Below, piece after piece: positions 10,005 through 19,695 of a DNA stretch of 64,000 nucleotides. The DNA comes from Bacteroidota bacterium (GTDB lineage Bacteria; Bacteroidota; Bacteroidia; AKYH767-A; 2013-40CM-41-45). Position 1 is the first letter of the stretch. The number at the start of each line of letters is the position of its first letter. Both the position numbers and the translations under genes were made by a program. The stretch covers positions 1,254 to 65,253 of the forward strand of contig JAYTOX010000055.1 of assembly GCA_043747595.1 (NCBI GenBank), read 5' to 3'. The notes beneath the pieces were generated by a model, which saw only the letters and a list, made by a program, of their open reading frames with translations, did no database searches and was not told the origin of the DNA.

Positions 10005-10757
10005 ATGAAAATTTCGATATACCTACTTTTACTTTCAATTCCTCTTGTAGGTCAATCACAAAGTATAAAATCGACAACACCAACACAGAGAGTCGAACAA
10101 GCTTATCTGAACGACACAACCTTTCAAAAAGATGCCTTGAATTATGAGTTGATAAATGTTATAATACATTCCCCAAAAGGAATTGTGATTGCTCAAGGAT
10201 CTTTAAAAAACAAAAAACGAGAAGGAACATGGCGAGAATATAATAATCAGGGATTGTTTGCAAACATCACTGAATATCATAATGGAATAAAGCATGGTGC
10301 AAGTATTAAATTTGGCATGAATAATTTAGTAGTTACCGACGAAACATATTCAAGAGATTCTTTGAATGGAATAAAACTTACATTTAATTCAGGTGGAAAA
10401 ATAAAGATTACAGAAAATTATGTTAATGGGGTTTTAGATGGAGATCGAAAAGCGTTCTATGAAAACAACAAACTTCAAGAAGAATCAACTTATAGAAATG
10501 GTTTACGAAATGGCATTGCAAAATGGTATTTTCAAACAGGAACACCTTCAATTGAATACAATTATAATATGGGAGAATTGAATGGTCCATCGAAAGAATA
10601 TTCTTCAAATGGATTAATCTCGAAAGAAGGAAATTATATCAATAACGCGGAAGAAGGCGAATGGAAAATTTACGATGATTCACTTTTGGTTAAAAAAATT
10701 ATTTACAAAAATGGTATTGTAATAAAAGAACAAGAATTAAAGAAGGAGAAAAAATAA
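10005..10757 (+). CDS. MORN-repeat-variant protein (YwqK-like family), secreted or lipoprotein
   Basis: It has a signal peptide and repeated G-x-W-x-x-Y/E-x-N-G-x-L units typical of the MORN_2/YwqK family. The TAA stop overlaps the next start (TAAATG). Confidence 0.7.
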   Translation: MKISIYLLLLSIPLVGQSQSIKSTTPTQRVEQAYLNDTTFQKDALNYELINVIIHSPKGIVIAQGSLKNKKREGTWREYNNQGLFANITEYHNGIKHGASIKFGMNNLVVTDETYSRDSLNGIKLTFNSGGKIKITENYVNGVLDGDRKAFYENNKLQEESTYRNGLRNGIAKWYFQTGTPSIEYNYNMGELNGPSKEYSSNGLISKEGNYINNAEEGEWKIYDDSLLVKKIIYKNGIVIKEQELKKEKK

Positions 10758-11246
10758 ATGTATTATCCAAGTAATAAATTAGATGACAATTCTCGTGTTT
10801 GGATTTATCAAGCCAACAGAGAATTTACAATTGACGAACAAGTAGAAATTGCTCATGAACTAACAACGTTCATTACAAATTGGACTGCTCATCAAAAAGA
10901 TTTGAAAGCAAGTTTTGAAATATTGTTGAATAGATTTATTGCTATTATGGTTGACGAAAGTAATATAGGCGCAACCGGATGTAGTATTGATAAATGCTTA
11001 CACTTTATTCAAAAATTAGAACAGAAATACCAAATAACTTTAACCGATCGACTTCTATTGGCATACAAAGATGCTGATGAAATAAAAACTTTGCAAAAAA
11101 ATATATTCGAGCAAGCACTAGAATCCGGAAAATTAAATAGTGATACGATTGTATTTAATAATTTGATCAGTAAAAAATCAGAATTAAAAACTAATTGGCA
11201 AGTACCACTAAAAAATAGTTGGCATAGCGTAATGCTCAAGGTATAA
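10758..11246 (+). CDS. Hypothetical cytoplasmic protein, translationally coupled to the MORN-variant gene
   Basis: The 162-aa ORF starts 1 nt after the upstream stop. I do not recognise a family. Confidence 0.6.
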   Translation: MYYPSNKLDDNSRVWIYQANREFTIDEQVEIAHELTTFITNWTAHQKDLKASFEILLNRFIAIMVDESNIGATGCSIDKCLHFIQKLEQKYQITLTDRLLLAYKDADEIKTLQKNIFEQALESGKLNSDTIVFNNLISKKSELKTNWQVPLKNSWHSVMLKV

Positions 11247-11285
11247 AATAAAGTACTTTATCTTTGTTTAAAATATCGGGAACAA

Positions 11286-12077
11286 CTACTTAGCAAAATC
11301 CTTTTTCAACGATAGCTCTATCGGACAATGATCGCTACCAAGAACTGTTGAATGAATAGAAGCATCAACAACAGAATCTTTCATTTCAGAACTGATCAAG
11401 AAATAATCTATTCTCCATCCTGAATTTCTTTCACGAGCTTTTGTAAAAACATCCCAGTAAGTATACTGACCAGGCAGGTCATTGAAAGTTCTAAAAATAT
11501 CGATGTAACCATATCCCAATATTTTATCGACCCAAGCCCGCTCTTCAGGAAGAAACCCGCTAACTTTTGAATTAGGACCTGGGCGAGCAAGATCAATTTC
11601 TTTATGAGCTGTATTGTAATCGCCAACAACGATTATATTTTTTTTGATTTTTCGTATTTGTTCAGTTCTCTTAAAAAGTTCGTCATAAAACCGAAGTTTG
11701 TAATCAACCCTCTCCGGCCCTCTTCCTCCATTAGGAAAATAAACATTAAAAAGCACAAAATTTTCAAATTCTAATTCAAGTACTCTTCCTTCGCTATCAA
11801 ATTCGGCGTTATTAAATCCGTACTTCACATTAACAGGTTCTAATTTTGTATAGACCGCTACTCCACTATATCCTTTTTTTTCGGCAGAGAAATAGTAAGC
11901 CTTGTACCCATCAATGTTTTTAATTTCATCAACTAGCTGATCCGGCTGTGCCTTAGTTTCTTGCAAGCAAATGATATCAGCACCATCTTTCTCCAACCAT
12001 TCTTTAAAATTTTTTTTCCATACCGCACGCAAGCCGTTAACATTCCAACTAAGTATTCTAAAATTTCCTTTTGCCAT
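11286..12077 (-). CDS. xth: Exodeoxyribonuclease III
   Basis: The N-terminus reads ILSWNVNGLRA...ICLQETK and the C-terminus reads SDHCPI, matching the EEP-family Xth signature. The product is 263 aa. Confidence 0.9.
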   Translation of the reverse strand: MAKGNFRILSWNVNGLRAVWKKNFKEWLEKDGADIICLQETKAQPDQLVDEIKNIDGYKAYYFSAEKKGYSGVAVYTKLEPVNVKYGFNNAEFDSEGRVLELEFENFVLFNVYFPNGGRGPERVDYKLRFYDELFKRTEQIRKIKKNIIVVGDYNTAHKEIDLARPGPNSKVSGFLPEERAWVDKILGYGYIDIFRTFNDLPGQYTYWDVFTKARERNSGWRIDYFLISSEMKDSVVDASIHSTVLGSDHCPIELSLKKDFAK

Positions 12078-12284
12078 TAGAGATTAATTTGAAGCAAGAT
12101 AAAAAAATAAATCAAGCCAATAAAACCTCAAACAATTAATAATAAGTTAACTGTTAAAATGACAATCCTCATTTAATAAGGAACAATTTTCAAACCACAG
12201 ATACGCGGTTGTGATTACATGCCTGAGCACCGATATTTGTATCATCAATTTCATTTAATAATTAAAAACTAAAACCAAATCAAA

Positions 12285-12650
12285 ATGAAAAAACAAATTC
12301 TTTTAGTAGTAGGACTTTTTTTCTCCTTAGTGATGCAATCCTCGGCATTCAAAATTATAATCATAGGAGGGACTCACAACCACAGATTCGATTACACATA
12401 TTTCGATGACGAAAAATGTGTTTGCAAAGGCAGAGGATGGAATGATTGTGCTATTACATTGAATTCTCACGCAGCTGAAAAAGTTATCCCTGGAAACAAA
12501 ATCGTTGATGCTGTATTGGAAATGCTTGACGAAGGAAAAACAGAAGGCGAATTTACATTCGAAGATGTATTACCAGTTTCATTTGAAACAGACAAAGAAG
12601 GCGTAACTACAATTACCACAAAAGAAGACTATGTTACATTCAATAAATAA
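12285..12650 (+). CDS. Small secreted hypothetical protein
   Basis: The 121-aa product has a signal peptide, a CVCKGRGWNDC cysteine cluster and an acidic C-terminus. I do not recognise a family. Confidence 0.5.
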   Translation: MKKQILLVVGLFFSLVMQSSAFKIIIIGGTHNHRFDYTYFDDEKCVCKGRGWNDCAITLNSHAAEKVIPGNKIVDAVLEMLDEGKTEGEFTFEDVLPVSFETDKEGVTTITTKEDYVTFNK

Positions 12651-13851
12651 CAAGTCTATTAACCGAGGATCATTATTGATCCTCGGTTTTACATTTTTCT
12701 CAGCAATGAGATTGATGGCACATGATCTGAATTCAGATAGTGTAGCTACTATTAAGACAGGATTACTGGCATTGAATCCGGAAGTAATTCAAACTCGAAC
12801 AGGAGGAGCATTGAGTTTTACAACTACAAGTCTTTGGAATAAAGAGAAACGAGAGCTAAAAATAATAGTTTACGACCCGGTTTCAAAAAATAAAAAAGAG
12901 CTAAAAGGGATTATTCCTCAGAACATCACAATTCAGGCATTACCGACTTATGCAATAAATACAAACTATATTATTATCCAAGACGATGACGAGATGGATT
13001 TATATTTATTCAGATTATCAAATACTAATTTCGTTTTTAAAAATAAAATAAAGTCTCCAACTCGCAGTAAGTTTTTCAATATTAATTTTCTAGAAGGCAA
13101 TACATTCCTCTTCACAGACATTTACAATCATCATCCGGCCGAAAATAAATACAATGTAAGCTTGAGTATTTATGATGCAGCTAAAAATGAAATTGTAAAA
13201 ACAATTCATCCGGAATTACCATGTATTGCACTTTCGCATATAAAACATCGGTGGGTAGAATATAATTCGGAAAATATTTTTTTAGCCGAACCATGCGGAA
13301 ATACAATTCATGTATACAATCATCAGTTAAAAGAAGAAAAAATAATTCATATTGAAAATTATAGCAAGTGGGTTGATTTGCCAAAATCACAATTACCCTT
13401 TGAAACATCAACCGATAAAATTCATCCCAAACTACTTATCGAAAAATTAAAACCAATAATACATTCATTTAATCATATTGAATTTATTTCAGTAGTCAAT
13501 GACACATTGCTTTTTTTAAGCTGTACGAATAGCGATAGCATAAGCAATAACGAAAGTATTGCTTTTATTTACAATTTAAAGGAAGATAAATTTAAGAATC
13601 ACATAGAATTTACTCGAAAGTCTGAACAATGGATCAATGATCCAATCAGTGAAGAATTGACATCCATCTTCAATTCAAAATTATTAATCGGCAACAAATC
13701 AATCTTCATTTCAAGCGATTCATACAGACCTGATACGAATTTAAGTTACAAAGAAAACCAACAATTAAAAGACAATTATTATGAAACGAATAACCCGGAA
13801 TTTATTATTGAGCTGGTCCCTCTTCATCACATTTTACCCTTTTGTGAATGA
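12631..13851 (+). CDS. Hypothetical secreted protein
   Basis: The 406-aa product has a signal-like N-terminus. It overlaps the upstream gene by 20 nt and the downstream ORF by 71 nt. No family recognised. Confidence 0.5.
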   Translation: MLHSINNKSINRGSLLILGFTFFSAMRLMAHDLNSDSVATIKTGLLALNPEVIQTRTGGALSFTTTSLWNKEKRELKIIVYDPVSKNKKELKGIIPQNITIQALPTYAINTNYIIIQDDDEMDLYLFRLSNTNFVFKNKIKSPTRSKFFNINFLEGNTFLFTDIYNHHPAENKYNVSLSIYDAAKNEIVKTIHPELPCIALSHIKHRWVEYNSENIFLAEPCGNTIHVYNHQLKEEKIIHIENYSKWVDLPKSQLPFETSTDKIHPKLLIEKLKPIIHSFNHIEFISVVNDTLLFLSCTNSDSISNNESIAFIYNLKEDKFKNHIEFTRKSEQWINDPISEELTSIFNSKLLIGNKSIFISSDSYRPDTNLSYKENQQLKDNYYETNNPEFIIELVPLHHILPFCE

Positions 13852-14308
13852 AATAAAAGCTGCAAATTCAAATGGAGAACCATACACTATCGATAATACA
13901 CATTTAAGTTTATACGATCTGAATAACAAGCCACTCCTACTCGATCAAAACCAATCTTATCTAATAGTTATTAAAAATATCAAGAGTTGTTTAAATTGCT
14001 TTTCCACCATTCAAGATTATTTGGTTTCACTAAATGCCGATACAATTAATGAATGGTTAATTATGGAAACCGATTCATCTACATTACAAAGACGGAGAAC
14101 CATATATGAAGCGAAAAACCTTTTTAGCCGCTTCAGTTATTATGGAGTTACCTATGATCAATCATTGTCAAATCTTCAAACTCCCATTTTGATTCTCTTT
14201 CATAAAAATAATTACTATCAATACAACTACGACGAATTATTTGAAGAAGGATTTAATTTTATCAGTTTTTCAGTTCAAAAGAAAATAAAAGAAATTCTTG
14301 GAAAATAA
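13781..14308 (+). CDS. Hypothetical secreted protein with a CxxC motif (possible thioredoxin-fold)
   Basis: The 175-aa product has a hydrophobic N-terminus and an SCLNC motif. The 71-nt overlap with the upstream ORF makes the start uncertain. Confidence 0.45.
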   Translation: MKRITRNLLLSWSLFITFYPFVNEIKAANSNGEPYTIDNTHLSLYDLNNKPLLLDQNQSYLIVIKNIKSCLNCFSTIQDYLVSLNADTINEWLIMETDSSTLQRRRTIYEAKNLFSRFSYYGVTYDQSLSNLQTPILILFHKNNYYQYNYDELFEEGFNFISFSVQKKIKEILGK

Positions 14309-15186
14309 TGAGACTCGAATGGACAATATCTTTATTTTTAATTTTGACGGTGAATCAACTTATAGCTTCACCAGCCGATACCTTGACTACAAAGTATGAT
14401 TCCATTAGAAATCAAAAAGAGATTGATGTCATTTTAAGTGCTAATGTTTCTCAACAGAAAAATATAGAGGAAACAACTATAAACATACTAACCCTGGCTT
14501 CAAAAATAAATTATTACAGTGCATCTATTTTCACAAAATATAGGTCTAAAAAAGAGTTAAGTATCAATTATTCATATTCGCACTATATCGACAGCCTATG
14601 GATAAAAACAAACGATCAACTTTATTATTCTTATAATTGGTCAAAAAAAAACAAAGGGTTTAGCAGATCATTAATATTTAATTTGAAAACACAATTAACA
14701 AACACCGAAATTAGAACTAGAATAGAGACCAGATTGATTGGACAGTTTGGATTCCCTTCAATTTTAAACCTAGGAATCGGAATAAATTTTCAGTTAAAAG
14801 AGGATAATTATCTTCACTTTTCGTTGTTAAATATTCAAGAAACTTTTATTACTTCTAAACTAGATTTAAATCGCAAAGAATTCAAAAGACTAAATCACGA
14901 TTTCGAATTTCAACAGCAGTTGGGAGTATCGGTTGTCTCGTCACTCAAATTTAAGTTAACAAAAAAAGTAATTTACAGGAATAACTCCAAATTATTTATT
15001 CGAGGATTAAAAAACAATGATATGAATTTCGACATTAGAAATCAATTCATTGTCGACATTTACAAAAAAGTTAAGATATGCCTTGACAATCGAGTATTTT
15101 TCAACCCACTTATTCAGACAAATATTCAAATGAGCAATGAAATTTTATTAGGAATTGGGATTAACAGATCACCAAATTTAGATTGA
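14308..15186 (+). CDS. Hypothetical outer-membrane beta-barrel-like protein
   Basis: The 292-aa product has a signal peptide and alternating aromatic/hydrophilic strands, with a C-terminal aromatic-rich end. Its start overlaps the upstream stop (ATAATGA). Confidence 0.5.
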   Translation: MRLEWTISLFLILTVNQLIASPADTLTTKYDSIRNQKEIDVILSANVSQQKNIEETTINILTLASKINYYSASIFTKYRSKKELSINYSYSHYIDSLWIKTNDQLYYSYNWSKKNKGFSRSLIFNLKTQLTNTEIRTRIETRLIGQFGFPSILNLGIGINFQLKEDNYLHFSLLNIQETFITSKLDLNRKEFKRLNHDFEFQQQLGVSVVSSLKFKLTKKVIYRNNSKLFIRGLKNNDMNFDIRNQFIVDIYKKVKICLDNRVFFNPLIQTNIQMSNEILLGIGINRSPNLD

Positions 15187-15194
15187 AGTAAAGT

Positions 15195-16481
15195 TTATAA
15201 GGCACGATGTTCTTTATCAAGATCTAATTCTCGTAATTTTGGGAGCCATAAAAAAGCTCCTGCTACTGAGAAGATGGCTATACCTCCACCTAATACAACA
15301 GATTGAATTAATCCGATAGCTTTTGCAGCGAAGCCCGATTCAAACGCACCAATCTCATTGCTAGAACTAATAAACATTGTGCTAACGGAAGTAACTCTAC
15401 CTCTCATTTCATCAGGAGTAAAATATTGAATGATAGTTGAACGAATAACGACACTTACATTATCGAAACCACCACTAAGAGCAAGGATAATAAATGACAA
15501 ATAGAAATTCTTGCTAAGTGCGAAGAAAATCATACAGAGTGAAAAGCCTGCAACACAAGTCATCAATTTCTTTCCTGCATTTTTTAGCGGCGGATACTTT
15601 GTCATATAAAGCGCCATGGTCACACTCCCAACAAAAGGAGCGGCTCTTAAAATCCCGAATCCCGTTTCGCCAACGTGTAATATTTCACTTGCAAAAACAG
15701 GCAACATCGCCGTAGCACCACCAAAAAGGACAGCGACGAGATCAAGTAACATTGCGCCAAAAATCATTTGATTGCTAAACACAAAACTCAAACCTTGCTT
15801 GATACTGGCTCTCATACTTTCGCCTTTCTCAAACGGCTGTGGAGGTTGTTGAGGAATTCTAATAATCTGAATCGTTCCAATCAACAATAATACGACTACA
15901 ATAACATACACATTCATGGCTCCATAGGCTGCCAGTAACAATCCTCCGGCAGAAGAACCTAAAACAACGGCAATATGCCAAAAGGTAGAATTCCAAGCAG
16001 AAGAATTTGCATAAGCTTCTCTCGGAACGAGCTGTGTCATTAATGGAAATTGTGCCGGACTATAAAAACCTCGCAAGACGCCTACAACAAAAACAATTAT
16101 GTAATACGGATAAACCTGAATTAATGATGCAGAATCTGTTCTCTGGTAATAGGTGAAATAAACAAGTGCCAAGCTTGCTATAAGTTGTATAATCATTACG
16201 ATCATAACAATTCTTCTTCGATCGTTTCTATCAGACACATACCCGCCGTAAAGAGCTAAAGTAACAGCCGGAATAGCTTCGAAAAGTCCAAGAAGACCGA
16301 GCGAAAGATAATCGTGCGTCATCTGATACACTTCCCAACTGATAACCACAAATTGAATTTGCAGAGCAAGAGTTAGCATAAACTTTGAGAAGATAAACCG
16401 ACGGTAATCGATAAATCGAAAAGCTAAAAATGATTCCTTATTTTCAATCAGTCTTCTAATCATTGATGTAAATAACGGCAA
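15195..16481 (-). CDS. MFS transporter
   Basis: The 428-aa product has about 12 transmembrane helices and a D-R-x-x-R-R-like loop motif (SDRNDRRR) between TM2 and TM3. Confidence 0.85.
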   Translation of the reverse strand: MPLFTSMIRRLIENKESFLAFRFIDYRRFIFSKFMLTLALQIQFVVISWEVYQMTHDYLSLGLLGLFEAIPAVTLALYGGYVSDRNDRRRIVMIVMIIQLIASLALVYFTYYQRTDSASLIQVYPYYIIVFVVGVLRGFYSPAQFPLMTQLVPREAYANSSAWNSTFWHIAVVLGSSAGGLLLAAYGAMNVYVIVVVLLLIGTIQIIRIPQQPPQPFEKGESMRASIKQGLSFVFSNQMIFGAMLLDLVAVLFGGATAMLPVFASEILHVGETGFGILRAAPFVGSVTMALYMTKYPPLKNAGKKLMTCVAGFSLCMIFFALSKNFYLSFIILALSGGFDNVSVVIRSTIIQYFTPDEMRGRVTSVSTMFISSSNEIGAFESGFAAKAIGLIQSVVLGGGIAIFSVAGAFLWLPKLRELDLDKEHRAL

Positions 16482-16559
16482 TGAAATTCATCACTTACAA
16501 AGCAGTAATGGCAACTTATAAACAACATTAACTTTACTTTTTATGTTCGAGGTTTCCGA

Positions 16560-18452
16560 CTATGAAATTTGCTCAGATAATTCCAACCAACGGCCAGACT
16601 TAATCTCAATTTCCGCTAATACTTCTTCCATCCGTTTTGCCCACTTCGAAAGTTTAGTATGGTCTGTTTCACCACCACTCAAAGCAGCTGTAAGAATTTC
16701 CTTTTCAACTTCAAGAGTACCTATTTCCTTTTCCAATGTTTCGAATTCAAATTTTTCTTTGAACGAGATTTTCTTCTTAACAGGAATTGCTTTAATCTCT
16801 ACATCCGCTTTAGCTTGAACTTGCTTAGCTTTTTGTTTCGTTTCCGATTTCTCTTTTTCATCGAGCATGATCCGATATTCTGAATAGCGACCATTGAAGT
16901 CTTTAACATTCCCTTCTCCATCAAAAATAAAAAGGTGATCTACTAGCTTATCCATAAAATACCGATCGTGAGAAACGACTAAGAGACAGCCGGTATAATT
17001 CAAGAGAAACTCTTCAAGAATTCCGAGCGTTAAAAGATCGAGATCGTTGGTAGGCTCATCGAGAATTAAAAAGTTAGGATTTTTTATTAAGACAGTCAAT
17101 AAATGCAGTCTGCGTTTTTCTCCACCACTAAGTTTACTCACATACGTATATTGCATTTCCGGCGGAAACTGAAAGAGCTGAAGAAATTGACTGGCATTTA
17201 CTTTTGATCCGTCGCTCATTTGAATTACATCAGCAAAATCTTTTACGACTTCAATTACACGTTTGTCTTCTTTTAATTCCAACCCACTCTGATTGTAATA
17301 TCCGAACACAATTGTTTCCCCAACATTTATTTTTCCTGAATCGGGCAATTCATCGCCAATAAGCATATTTAAAAAGGTCGATTTACCGGCACCATTTTTA
17401 CCAACAATACCAATGCGCTCTCCGGTACGAAAGGTATAATCAAATCCGGTAAGAATTTTTAGATCGTCATACGCTTTGTAAATTTTTTTCAACTCGATAA
17501 CCTTCCCTCCGATTCGATTCATTTTCACATCGAGCTCCATCTTACCTTCTTTTTTCTTTCCTGCCGCTTTATCTTTCAGCTCATAAAAAGAATCGATACG
17601 AGCTTTCGATTTCGTACCACGTGCTTTTGGCATTCTGCGCATCCATTCCAATTCGGTGCGCATAATGTTTCTTGCCTTATCGCGTTCACGAGTTTCATTA
17701 AATTCTCGTTCATCTTTCTTCTCTAAAAAATAAGAATAATTTCCTTCATACGTATAAACGTTACCGTTTTCTAATTCAATAATTTTATCGGTAATGTTTT
17801 CGAGAAAATAACGGTCGTGAGTTACAAGTATAAGTGATAATTGCGAGCGAGTAAGAAACTCTTCCAGCCATTCAACCATTTCTACGTCGAGGTGATTGGT
17901 AGGCTCATCCATTAATAAAATATCTGCCGGATCAATTAACGCTTTCGCTAAAGCAATTCGCTTTTTTTGTCCACCCGATAATTGACGAATCTGCTGATCT
18001 AAATTATGAATATTCAATTTAGATAATACCTGTCGTACACGCACTTCGTAGTCCCACGCATTTGCATCATCGATCAACATCGACAAACGTTCCAATTCTT
18101 TTTGCGTTTCAGGTGAATGATGTAATGCATCGCGTTCAACCATCAGTTCATATTCACGCATTAACTGCACAGAAGGATTTTTAGCATCGAAAATAGTATC
18201 CAACACCGTTCTCTCGGGATCCATATATGGATCTTGTTCGAGAAATTCTACATTCAGATCTTTACGAAAAGTAACTTGGCCGGAATCGGGTGTTTCTTTC
18301 CCTGCAAGTATTTTCATTAAAGTACTTTTGCCGGCACCATTCCGAGCAATCAACGCTACTTTTTCGCCTTTTGAAATTCCGAAACTAATAGAATCAAATA
18401 GAATTTTATCTCCATACGATTTGGACAAGTTTTCTATAGAGAGTAAATTCAT
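16560..18452 (-). CDS. ABC-F family ATPase (Uup-like, two ABC domains plus a C-terminal coiled-coil tail)
   Basis: Two Walker A motifs are present (GKNGAGKST and GRNGAGKST), two LSGG signatures, and no transmembrane domain. The C-terminus is charged and coiled-coil. Confidence 0.9.
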   Translation of the reverse strand: MNLLSIENLSKSYGDKILFDSISFGISKGEKVALIARNGAGKSTLMKILAGKETPDSGQVTFRKDLNVEFLEQDPYMDPERTVLDTIFDAKNPSVQLMREYELMVERDALHHSPETQKELERLSMLIDDANAWDYEVRVRQVLSKLNIHNLDQQIRQLSGGQKKRIALAKALIDPADILLMDEPTNHLDVEMVEWLEEFLTRSQLSLILVTHDRYFLENITDKIIELENGNVYTYEGNYSYFLEKKDEREFNETRERDKARNIMRTELEWMRRMPKARGTKSKARIDSFYELKDKAAGKKKEGKMELDVKMNRIGGKVIELKKIYKAYDDLKILTGFDYTFRTGERIGIVGKNGAGKSTFLNMLIGDELPDSGKINVGETIVFGYYNQSGLELKEDKRVIEVVKDFADVIQMSDGSKVNASQFLQLFQFPPEMQYTYVSKLSGGEKRRLHLLTVLIKNPNFLILDEPTNDLDLLTLGILEEFLLNYTGCLLVVSHDRYFMDKLVDHLFIFDGEGNVKDFNGRYSEYRIMLDEKEKSETKQKAKQVQAKADVEIKAIPVKKKISFKEKFEFETLEKEIGTLEVEKEILTAALSGGETDHTKLSKWAKRMEEVLAEIEIKSGRWLELSEQIS

Positions 18453-18489
18453 TTTATTATTATAAATATTTTAATGAACAAGGACTGAT

Positions 18490-18745
18490 TAATGAAGAAT
18501 TAATAACTAATAATTAAGAATTAAGAATTAAGAATTGAGAATGAATAATTAGTAATGAATAATTGGCAATGGAGAATGAGTAATGAATAGTTGGTTATGG
18601 ATCATTAGTAATTGATAATGAATAATTGGTAATGAATAATTGGTAATGAATAATTGATAATAAATAATTGGTAATGAATAATTGGTAATGAATATTTTGG
18701 AATTAATAATTAGGAATAAATAATTAGGAAATGATTATTTGAAAT
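18490..18745. repeat. Degenerate A/T-rich tandem array of 7-bp (aattaag) and about 14-bp (aatgaataattggt) units in the ABC-F 5' region
   Basis: About 17 imperfect copies can be read directly. The region falls between the start of the ABC-F gene (18452, minus strand) and the stop of the upstream minus-strand gene (18806). Confidence 0.8.
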
Positions 18746-18748
18746 ATG

Positions 18749-18767
18749 ATTGTCTTATTAAGACAAT
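18749..18767. promoter_or_regulatory. Perfect 19-bp palindrome attgtcttaTtaagacaat, a candidate operator
   Basis: It is an exact inverted repeat around a single central base. It lies 40 bp downstream of the stop of gene 18806-19342 and about 300 bp upstream of the ABC-F start. Confidence 0.4.
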
Positions 18768-18805
18768 ATTACTCATTATTCATTTCTCATTATTCATTTA
18801 TAAAA

Positions 18806-19342
18806 TCAGCTTCCTTTCTCGCCTACAAATTGATCGGTAGAATGTTTAAATAAAACATTGAATGTTGTAAGTGAACCATAACAACGAGTAATGTATTGCT
18901 GCATATTAATTTTATCGTCTTCTGTTAATTTATCATGACTGTTTACGCGTTGTTCTAAAACACGAAGTCGATCGCGGAGCATAATTATTTTTCCAAAAAA
19001 CGCTTCGATCGGAATTTCTTTCGATTTTAATGAAGTATCGCCTGGCTTTAAAATCATCACGCCGCCTTTCCATTTTTGTCCGATGTCTACTCGCTCTTGC
19101 AAGTCAGAATATTTTCTGAGTGTATTAACCAAAAGCGATTCTATATCGGCCAAACTTACTAAGTCGTTATCGGCATCGTTGGCATCAATGATTTCAAATT
19201 GATCGTATGTACGTTCAATTTCACGCATGCCATGTTGCATAAACGTAATTACATAGTCTTCAGGCTTAATCTGAACAATAACACCTTCACCCAATTGCGG
19301 ATGACGAACACGAGAACCGATTCCCAATGATATTTTTTGCAT
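18806..19342 (-). CDS. Conserved hypothetical protein
   Basis: A 178-aa ORF with plausible codon usage. No family recognised. Confidence 0.55.
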   Translation of the reverse strand: MQKISLGIGSRVRHPQLGEGVIVQIKPEDYVITFMQHGMREIERTYDQFEIIDANDADNDLVSLADIESLLVNTLRKYSDLQERVDIGQKWKGGVMILKPGDTSLKSKEIPIEAFFGKIIMLRDRLRVLEQRVNSHDKLTEDDKINMQQYITRCYGSLTTFNVLFKHSTDQFVGEKGS

Positions 19343-19663
19343 AAAAATTACCCTTTAATTTAGAATGCGAAGATAAAAAACCTTTTGAAGGGAATCTAAC
19401 TCAATCTGCATCCTATTATCCAAATGCACCAATCCTTCGCTCGAGAAAAATGAATTCGCTACTTCGGGTATAAAACCTTAAAAGCTAGCCAATGCCATTC
19501 CAACAGACATACTTAAAATCGATTTTACTGCTCATATTTCTTCATATTTCTTAATGTCTCTTAAAATATGTCATATCATCGTCACCAATTTTAAGTCGCA
19601 AAATATTACTGATGTTCATGCGTTTTCTCTAGTGAGTTTTTGTGTTCAATTTTCGTGTGGTTT

Positions 19664-19695
19664 GGCCGTCGGTTTGAAAGCCGACGGCCTTTTTT
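19664..19695 (+). terminator. Rho-independent terminator hairpin with no upstream plus-strand CDS (orphan)
   Basis: ggccgtcgg / tttgaaag / ccgacggcc, followed by TTTTTT. It lies inside a 490-bp ORF-free region, 137 bp upstream of the M23 peptidase start. Confidence 0.6.
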
